Positions 54,191 through 64,000 of a DNA stretch of 64,000 nucleotides are shown here, piece by piece. Source of the stretch: Octopus vulgaris (taxonomy: Eukaryota); assembly GCA_951406725.2 (NCBI GenBank), contig OX597815.1, positions 141,236,001-141,300,000 on the forward strand, read 5' to 3'. Position 1 is the first letter of the stretch, and each line of letters begins with the position of its first letter. The notes beneath the pieces are model-generated. The model was given only the letters and a program-made list of their open reading frames with translations, was not told the DNA's origin and made no database searches. Made by a program: the position numbers and the translations under genes.

Positions 54191-57100
54191 AATTTTGAAG
54201 GATCTACTTTTGAACAAGATTGAGACAGAATCTACATAAAGGTATTTCCTACACGTATCGTATGGAACTATATTCCGCATAGTGGAATACGAAAAGAATA
54301 ACATCAAAGTTACAAAAAAAATGAAAGATGCATAGCGAAGCGAAACAGAGCCTACTGTAAAATAAAGCCATCACTAAGTTAATCTAGTGTACATTGCATC
54401 TAAGGCCTAATGTGTGTGTATATGTGTGTGAGGCGTTGGTGCATGTGTGGGGGTTGGTGCATATGTGAGTGGGTGAGTGGATGTAGGTGTGTATGTTCAT
54501 AAAATTGGTATGTGATATTTCAAATTTATTTCTTGTATAGCGAATCAACCGGCGCAAGCATCTACCTATTTTATTGTTTATTGTGTTTCTAACGTTGGTT
54601 ATTATTAATGAAATCAATCTACGATGCTCTTAGACATTTGTTTATTTAATACCAGCCTCTAAATTATTTATTAATCAACAAGTGAGTTTACTGCACTTGG
54701 CGTACTTTCTGGTATTTGAAATTGTATTTCCCCGAATCGCCAATTCTCTAAAAGAATGACCGACTATGTTGACAGTTGGATACCATCGTGGTCTTTATAT
54801 TTTGGTATTTTACAGGCAGTTTCTATATCAGGAATCATTTATATAAGCAAATTCCACAGATAGAGAATTCTTTGCAATTAGAAACACTGTTAAAACTATT
54901 CTATTTTATTGTACAGTAGAGATGTCATATTTTTCTGAGCTTCAAGTTTAATCGACATTATATTAGAGATGGGTATTTTAAAGTTCAAAGGGTACAGTCA
55001 GAATTTGCACTTATTTAAGAAGAGCTTTTTCCGTATTTTACTCGAATTACAATGGTTTAAATGTAGATTAAAAAGCCCTCCGTTAGCAGTGAATACTGTG
55101 CACTTAAAATATAGTTTGACAGTGCTTATTATGCGATTTATTCTACTCTTGCTGAAATAGAAATCTGTCTAAGCAGACATGTAAATCAATTTTAATAGTT
55201 ACAAGATGGATATGAAGTAGAAGTGCAGAGGTGTTTTTTGAATAAGGAGTTTGTTGGTTTCAGTGATACAGCAAAATATACCAGTAGCATTGAAAACATT
55301 TTGAAGCTTAAGACAATCCAGCAATAGTGTTTTTTCTTTTCCTGGTGGTATGACAGGAGCTAATGTTTTCATGTAAGATCCATACTGCAATGCTGATCAC
55401 TGAGGCTGAAGTGGATATAATAAAATTCTATCGATAGCATGATTAATCGCAGGTGATATTCATTGTATTTGTCCGTGTATGGGTTACAGCATCTAATACA
55501 GACACGAACAAAAACACGCACACATTATTTCTATAGCAACAATTTCGACAAATTGAGTTTAATCATGTCATTGGTGTCAACATGCAGTGGTATGATTAGC
55601 ACATGTAAGCGTTTACAAACATCCACAAATAAGTACATTATGCACTTTCATGTGAATCTTGCACTGACCTCAATGTTTCCGTCTATAATCTATTCACGTA
55701 ATTGAAATTGGGTTATTGATTTTAGCAGAGAAAGCAATTACAGATGAATGCGTTCAAAGTTGTTCAAGAACAGCTAATTCAAACTTACTACCAAGACACT
55801 TATTCCTTATATAAGAGAATGAATCGACAAATATTCCTTATTCTGAAGTAATATTTCTGCATACATAAAGTTCATATAAATCTAAAACGTTTACACATTT
55901 GAGTGTTATTATATGTTCTGTAAAATAGTGAATAATGACTTCGAGTGAGTCCTGGTTAAATAAAATGACTATATTATTCAAATTTAAGCATATAAGTATA
56001 AAAATATAAATTATATATATATATATATATATATACATTCCCACACAAACATATACACATATTGTAGAGCAAGCGTGACAAAGTATAGTATAGTTTGGTA
56101 TGAATTTATATTTACTCCTATAGTAGTGGGAACATAGACTTCCTAACTTCCGGCACGATTTCTTTAACAAGTAAACGAAATGCCGTAGGGAGAGCACTCT
56201 TGTGTTGCTTTCAAGAAACGTCTCATTTGTGTTTATTTTCGTATTCTGGAAACCCTCATCATATAAGATAAGAAAACTAAGATGTACCAAGATTCGCCGT
56301 TAATAGACAGATTTTCTGTTGGCACCAAAGAAAAAGGTAGGCATTTAATATATAATTGTTGCAGATTATGCGAAATAGAATACATTTTCTTTTAAATATG
56401 TAAGAAGTTTTTCTAAGATTCGTTAAGTGAATTTCATTTCTGTACTTTTCCTATATGAATATATTTTTATTTGTTAAATTATAGGGAAAAAATATTTAAT
56501 AAAAATGGCAACCCTATAGAAAATTCACTTATTATTAAGTCAGTCACTGAAATAATATGATTTCTAAAATATACTACAAAACTTATTACATTTAGTAATA
56601 GTCGTAAACGGAAGTCGATGAAACTGAACTACTTGGTCGATAAACAAGTACTTAAAAAAAATATCGGCTTTGTGGCAATGTCTGTTACTAAGACAGACTT
56701 TGAGACTTCATGATATACAGTGAAAATTATCCAATTAATCTATATATTGTGTTCCTTCTCCTACTCTGAATTGTCTATATGTTAACTGGGCGTGTTCAGC
56801 ACAAATGCGCTCGAGAACTTTATAAATGTTGTTGTCATATTTCATGTCTCAGAACACTAAAGAACAAAATAGAATATGTAAAATCATATTTAATAACGAC
56901 CAAGAACCTTAATATCAAATGTATTATATTTCATTTATATATTTACGAAATTCAACACCGTTCTACTTTATAACTATGTTTTTATAACTAGGGGCACATC
57001 AGCTTATTAAGGTAATTGAATTTTGAAATATATTTTTTAGAACATTCTCTGGAAGACCCTCGATTAAGCACAGATTATTAAGTTATACACTTCTCTAATA

Positions 57101-57272
57101 TCTTATGAAAGAATGTCAATGGCACTTGAATTCAACTGCTTATCACAAAATATTGAATATTAGTATTCGGTGAATTTTTAACAACACCATTTTATACAAA
57201 ATCATTTCACAGATATTGATAATATTAAGTATTAAACATGGGTAGGAAGAAAGCAAATAGGGAGCTTTTGCT

Positions 57273-57475
57273 TTCGATCATATAATAATATGAATTATAT
57301 AAATATAAGCATATAAGAATAAAGGGACAACTGTTCTTGGGATATTCTAAGGCATATTTTTCGAGGATCAAAGCAAATTTACCAACTATTAATTTGTTTT
57401 TATGTTTACGTTTCTCATTGTGTTCAACGTTTTTTGATAGTTCTGTACTGCAGTATATATATATATATATATAGG

Positions 57476-57560
<85 letters not shown>

Positions 57561-58560
57561 CTTACTTGAGAAAAGATGCGTGGTGTTCGATCATATAATA
57601 ATATAAATAATATATAAATATAAGCATATAAGAATAAAGGGACAACTGATGAAGGGATATATTTTTTATGTTGCATGTCTCGTTTCTCTGTTTTCTTTTC
57701 GTTGTTCGAAAAAATGTTCGTTCTCTATGTTTTTGTTTTTATGTTTACGTTTCTCATTGTGTTCAACGTTTTTTGATGTCCTGTACTCATATATACATGT
57801 ATATATACATATATATGTAGGTATGTATATATATGTAGGTATGTACATATATGCATGTATATATGCATATATTTATAGATTAATGATATTATTATATGCT
57901 CGAATGGCAAATATCCTTTTCCAAGTAAGGTTAATCTTAATTACGGTGCGCACTCTTCTATTTCTACTATCTCCTCTCTGTCTATCTCTCTCCCTCTCTT
58001 GTTCGTCATCCTTTCTGGTTTTCTCTCCCACCCTTCCCTGTTCTTCTCCTCTCCTCTTCACCATTCCATCACTCCCAGTCATTCTCCTTGAATCTCTCGT
58101 CCCTGACACGTAACGAAAGGGAATCTGTCTCTGTCCATTTCCTTCCTAAAGACAAGACGTGCATATACCTGTCTCTTCTCATAGATCTTCCTCCTAGCGT
58201 TCATAATAATTTTTCGATCATCTTGGCTCAACAGCATTCACCGTTTGTGTTTACTGTCTTGATTTCACCGTCCTTGTTACCACTTTGACCCTAGGCAAAA
58301 AGTACCAAATTGTATTTTATTTGCTTTGAGGAGTGGACTGTTTCAACGAACTCGCGTATTGTCCTTACATTCGAACGCAGAGTTGATGAAACAGGGACAA
58401 CTGATGAAGGAGAATATACTTTATGTTGCATGTCTTGTTTCTCTGGGGTTTTTTTTCGCTGTTCGAAGAAAGTTCGTTTTCTGTTTTTGCTTTGTTTCGT
58501 TTCTAATTGTGATCAAAATATTTTTGATGTTCTGTACCCATATATGCAAGTATGTATCCA
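57273..58560 (+). mobile_element. Tandem pLTR-like units (three related copies) with a CT-rich body
   Basis: agggacaactgatgaagg..tat...tttatgttgcatgtc...ttttttgatgt.ctgtac at 57637-57790 and 58393-58540; partial copy at 57273-57450. Confidence 0.65.
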
Positions 58561-58667
58561 TATATATGTACCTATGTACGTATATGTATGTATATATATA
58601 TATATATATGCATGTATGTATGTATGTATGTATGTATGTATGTATGCATGTATGTATGTATGTATGT

Positions 58668-58882
58668 ATTCTCTTATTTGTGTCAGTCACTTGACTGCGG
58701 CTATCCTGGAGTACCACCTTTTAGTCGAACAAATCGACCCCAGGTCTTATTCTTTGTAAGACTAGTACATATTTTATCGCTCTCTTTTACCGAATCGCTA
58801 AGTTGCGGTCACGTAAACACACCAATGTCGGTTGTCAAGCGATGGTGTGGGGAGGGGCATACACAGATACATATACATACAT

Positions 58883-58915
<33 letters not shown>

Positions 58916-59008
58916 CGACGGGCTTTAAGTTTCGTCAACCAAATCCACTCACAAGGCTTGGGTCGGGCCAAGGCTATAGTCGAAGTCACCCAATGTTCTA
59001 CGCAGTAT
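58668..59008 (-). mobile_element. Family-A SINE lacking its head
   Basis: Reverse complement aligns with 9570-9900 (gtcagtcacttgactgcgg, ggttgtcaagcgatg, ccaaatccactcacaaggct). Confidence 0.88.
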
Positions 59009-59499
59009 GTATGTATACATACATACATACTTACTTACATACGTACATGCATACATACATGCATGCATACATACATACATACATACATACATACATACAT
59101 ACATACATACATACATACATGCATACATGCATACATACACAAACACACACACACACATAGCTCATTGATTCTGTTTGGAACCGTTGCTAAAATGATATGG
59201 AAAAAAGAATTTTCTTCATCAATGTTTATTTATCATCGGGAGAGGTTATCTTTCTCGATTACTTCTTAAATTATTTGAACAAATGTATCGTGTATTCTAA
59301 CTTATTTTGACATTGTAGATAACAATTACTGCTTAGTTTCCATGAACGGCAGTCTTAATCTTACATTTACGACTTCTTTCCATATAATAAGATCACGTAA
59401 ATTGAGAAGATAGCATGGCTCCGGAGTTATTTATTGCAACTGTTTCTGGGAAATGAAGTTCCCATCTAAGCGGATTGTACAGATGTGACAGCCAATGAA

Positions 59500-59680
59500 T
59501 AATAAGGAAATATCAAGTAAAGTTAAATAGAGGAAACACAGAGAAATTCAAATAATCTTTCAAGAGAAGATTAGAATTATCTAAATCTAAAATCTCCTGG
59601 AAAAGATTATTAAGTGCAGAGCTTACAACTGAAGTCTCTAAAAACTGCAGGAAATATTGCGATGCTGCCTTATTCTGAGA
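59500..59680 (+). mobile_element. Small decayed LINE RT fragment
   Basis: KSPGKD..SAEL...LKTAG-like segment. Confidence 0.4.
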
Positions 59681-60199
59681 CAATTAAGATCGAATGATTT
59701 TATTAGAAAACATAATATTTACTTTCAGAAAATTTAGCCGACATGATATTGTGAATTCGGCTCCAAATACACGGCCAAAATGTATTACTGCTCACCAAAC
59801 TAAATCCATTTCTACAGGAGCAATGATGAAGAAATGAATAGTATCAAAGAAATGGTATTTTAGAAATAACATTAGAAGGAACTTATGTAAACGAAATATT
59901 TGGAAACACAGTATCATTTATATATTTTATGTCTCAAGTAACACGAGATTAAGAATTATGACTAGGGATATATACAAGCCAGTATTACTTACGACCATAT
60001 GGAAAAATATAGTGTTTAAATATAATTCTTGTATTTGAGCTCCAGACAACCAATGATGCAGAAGAGAAGACTATCATTTGATTGATGGTTTATCCTAAAC
60101 TCATGATAGTAAAAATTATTGAGATCATTTCGAAAATTAGGCAAACATATTAGACTATATCGCATTGTCAAACTGTATACATACGTGCGTACATGTATA

Positions 60200-61172
60200 C
60201 AAAGAAATACATCATAGTGAAACAACATCTGCAATAGAAGAAAGAAACCAGTAACTAATTTGCCCGAGTTAGTTAACTTGCGACCACGAAATCAATGGCG
60301 TAATTAGGATAGCTAATAAACTTGAAGGGAGTTATGAAATAAGAGCTGATACAGAACTGTCTTCAAGGAGCATTGGTTATATCTGTATATCAGAATTACA
60401 AAATAAACAACTGGACTATTTCACCGAAAAGAAATAGTGCGTGAGATCATGGCCATGTTTCTGCCGTTTATGCTGTAGATACTTGGTGAGGTTCTCCAGT
60501 TTTTGAATTGTATGGATGCAATTTTCAAATTTAAAGTGGGCTGCATAAATGTGTCGGTACTTCATGCCAAGATTTTGTCATGATCAATCCATTCCACAAC
60601 GTTGACAGGCAACAAATATAGGCTGTACAAGACGAAGACTGATGTCTTCAACTGCATTATTACCAACTGTGTGAGAATGTCTTCCAGATATTATCTTCCC
60701 ATGAGGCATAATGCAGTAATCAGAAACGTCTGTAACAAGATAACAAAAATGAGAAGTCATACAGACGAAGCTGACTATATTGAGACCCATGATGAAAAGA
60801 ATTTTCCTTGAAATCAAGAATTAAATCAGCCACCGAGTTAAGACGCAAATAGCAACATATTGTTTGGAGCGGCAAGTAAACGATATGTTGACTTGTGGAA
60901 ACCAGTTGCCCTCCGGTAACCAATATGTTTTGAAAAATACAAAAGAAAGAGGATATCACTCGACCATTAATTAGTATCTTGCAAATCCAGTACCAATGAT
61001 ACACTTTCAGTTTCATACTCACTATTAATGTTACCACAAGTTTAAGTATCAATACGCCTGGAGCAAACATTGACTGGACTTGGGTTCTTGGGGAGAGGAC
61101 GCAAATCGTAAATTCATACACAACAAATGATATCGGAGTCATTACAAATCTATAAGACCTTCTTAATATTTA
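60200..61172 (+). mobile_element. Old R4/Dong-type LINE C-terminal remnant
   Basis: IITNCVRMSSRYYLPMRHNAV, THDEK, LVETSCP, LQIQY..YTFSFI; co-linear with 62895-63437. Confidence 0.8.
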
Positions 61173-61449
61173 AAGGATGATAAACAAAACAAGATGATTT
61201 CCTTAACCTTGCTAACAAAATGTAATAAATAGGTTGCAGTTCTACTCGAAATTAAAGATGGTATGAAAAGACATATCCACCCATCTATCCATTAAACATG
61301 CATAAATACATACATACAGACAGACTGACTGACAGACATGCATGCATACGAATCTTGGGATTGGGTAAAATCTGATAGTTTGATAAAAAGTAAAGAATAA
61401 AAAATCAAATAGCATAAAGTAGATTGTGTATTGGCGATAATGTTTTAGT

Positions 61450-61757
61450 CAGTAGCCACTGTCAACTCCCACCGCTGTGTAAACATACCTCTACAAGTGG
61501 GCACATGCTCTCCAGATTGTATGCCAATGATAATATTCGAGCAGTTTCTTGATCTTGGCCACCAACTCGGCTTTAGTGTTGTATATAGAGGGTTGGTATC
61601 ATCCGCAACCGTACTCTACACATGGCAATCGAAGGGTTTACAATCGGGGAAATTAGGACGACAGAAATTTAGGATGGTGTAGCGGGAGAAATTATTCAAC
61701 AACAAGTTATGACTCATTCCGGAAGTATGTCTACGAGTTGAATCTTGCTGCTACGCA
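61450..61757 (-). mobile_element. Tc1/mariner (DD37D/maT-like) transposase C-terminal remnant
   Basis: QQDSTRRHTSGMS..L.NNF....NFCRPNFPDCKPFD.HV.STV..DTN and TKAELVAKIK (=QQDSAPCHTS...WPPNSPDCNPMDYYVW). Confidence 0.8.
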
Positions 61758-61781
61758 AATGTATACATACATACATGTATA

Positions 61782-62541
61782 TCAATATATATATCAAACT
61801 GAGAATGTGTCTGTCGGTCTGTCTGTATGTGTGTTTCTCTAAAACTTGAGAACTACACAACCAATGTCATTCAAATTTTACATATACTTTTTTTATTTTT
61901 TGCCTAGAGCGAGCCCGCAGCAATATCATATCTCCTCTACTACGATTCCCTAAAACTTGAGAACTATACAACCAATTTCATTCAAATTTTACACATGCCT
62001 TACTTAGGGTCCATGTAGTTTCATGGGCAAAAAATATTCAACTTCTTGCCTAGAGTGAGCCCATAGCAATATCATATCTTCTCCACTATTTCAGTATTAC
62101 GTGTTAAAAGTGAAACAAAAACATTTCTCTATTTTATGTCAGATACTTTCACTTTAACAATAAAAATAATAATAACAATTGAATTATATGTAGTAAGTAA
62201 TAATTAAAATCAAACTAAATTATAATATAATCGTAACATAACAAAAGTAAAAATAGCAATTGGTATAAAATTGCATCAATGACTTGAACTTGAATAAGTG
62301 GTTTCAAAATAAAATTAGCGTGCAGAAATGGAATAGTCCAGACAGATAATAAAAATTAAATTAAAGAAAAGACTATTGTCTATAAATTATACAATGTAGA
62401 GAAAAAAGCAGATTTGAACTTTGTAATTTGTATGTTATGTATAGATGTATATATAGATATACATGTAATATGTACACATATATATACACATATATACATG
62501 CACTAGCACTATGACCCGGCAACGCCGGGTCATAATGCTAG
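61782..62541 (+). mobile_element. Non-autonomous Helitron-like element
   Basis: A|TC 5' end (TCAATATATATATCAAACTGAG..(GTCT)n), GC-rich hairpin gacccggc-aac-gccgggtc, CTAG|T 3' end, no target-site duplication. Confidence 0.85.
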
Positions 62542-62569
62542 TATATATGTAAATATATACACACACTTA

Positions 62570-62610
<41 letters not shown>

Positions 62611-62785
62611 TATAAACATTATAAACATAGACACACACACACATACACATATGTATATATATAAGTGGAGGCGTGTCTTCATGACAGTGACTAATTGTGA
62701 TTGCTGTCTGACGACTGAAAAAGCAAATGGTTAAAAGATATATATATATACATATATACATGTGTTCACATATATATATGCATGC

Positions 62786-62882
62786 ATACATACATACATA
62801 CATACATACATACATACATACATACATACATACATACATACATACATACATACATACATACATACATACATACATACATACA
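62786..62882. repeat. (CATA)n microsatellite
   Basis: Direct reading. Confidence 0.98.
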
Positions 62883-62894
62883 TGAATGTATGCA

Positions 62895-63765
62895 GACATA
62901 TCACCCACATCATAAGCAGTTGTCCGAAAATGTCATCACCGTATTATCTAGCGATGAGAAATGACGTTGTAGCTAGGACAGTCTATAATGAAATACGTTA
63001 GAAGGATAATCCCGAGGACAAAGAAATAAAAACTCACAATATGGTAGAAGCTATAGCCACTCATAATGAAAAGGAATACTGGTACTAGTGAAGATCTCAA
63101 TAAAATGTAAGAACAACAGACCTGATATAATGATTTGGGATAGAGGAGAGAAACTGTGCACAGTTGTGGAAATTAGCTGCACAGCGGATGTTAACATGAA
63201 GCTGAAGATCAGTGAAAAAAAGAGCACCTATGCTGAACTATTGAGACATCTGCAAGTTCAGGTCTATACTAGTAATTAGTGCGGCCCTGGGATACGTAAT
63301 ACACTGCCTAAATATCGATCGTGAGAAAGTAGGCTTCTCAAAACCAGAAAGAAGAAAGATAATTCGAAGACTCTAGATCCAATCCCTCACGGGAACTGTA
63401 TAAATCTGTAAAACTTCCCAGAAGTTTAATATTTAAATATATATGAGCATGTCTAGATATGTAACTCTATGCATGAGAATACATAAAAACATGCAAATCT
63501 ACACATACATACAGACAGACATATAAACAGAGAAAAATACCCTGTTGCTGATGTTAAAACCTTCAATCTAGTTTAGAAACCGGTTCTTTCTCTATTGGCA
63601 AGAAATCTTGAAATAAACTGATTAATGTCATACATACAAACAACAATACCGTGTTATTGATATTGAAATTCCAATGAAGGAACCTTTGATGTAGGTTAGA
63701 AACCGGTTTTTTCACTATTGACAAGAAATCTTGAAATATACTGAATAATGACCTACATACATGCA
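62895..63765 (+). mobile_element. 5'-truncated R4/Dong-clade LINE: RLE (PD-(D/E)xK) domain plus duplicated 3' UTR
   Basis: ITHIISSCPKMSSPYYLAMRNDVVARTVYNEI (RHD motif), NNRPDIMIWDR..CTVVEISC, K.STYAEL, ALGYV, GTV; stops and frameshifts; CATA repeats on both sides. Confidence 0.93.
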
Positions 63766-64000
63766 TACGTATACATATATACTTACATACATAGATACTT
63801 ATATATATATATAAACATGCATACATACATACTTCTGCACATACGTACGAGTATATACAAACATTCATACATCGTGCTTATCTACTCCTCATGTAGAGAA
63901 CCACCGACATAGAGGATATCACATTTCTCTGTTGTTATATGCAGTTACATCGATACTTATAAGTGGATATATGTATTTACAATACATGTGCCGTTTCAAA

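Overview
AT-rich, microsatellite-dense eukaryotic DNA. The tRNA-derived SINE families and the LINE/Penelope repertoire point to a cephalopod, most likely Octopus (recognised by eye, not by database search). I recognise no intact protein-coding gene, rRNA, tRNA gene or CRISPR array. Most supplied ORFs are translations of simple repeats or of broken retroelement frames. The window is intergenic or intronic and packed with decayed mobile elements: L1/Tx1-clade LINEs (4 pieces), R4/Dong-type RLE LINEs (4 pieces), RTE LINE fragments, Penelope-like elements (GIY-YIG remnants plus pLTR-like non-coding units), Tc1/mariner remnants, a fold-back mariner MITE, a hAT remnant, a non-autonomous Helitron and at least two SINE families. 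The most interesting signals are: (1) several type-I hammerhead-ribozyme folds in short elements within or beside (TA)n tracts, one with an intact catalytic core at 34471-34562; (2) a perfect 85-bp palindrome at 4049-4232 with a third partial inverted copy; (3) a SINE whose 3' tail matches a Tx1 LINE in the same window; (4) apparent microsatellite targeting by the Tx1 and R4 elements. A few splice-site-flanked segments may be host exons but are weakly supported. Element boundaries are approximate unless stated base by base.
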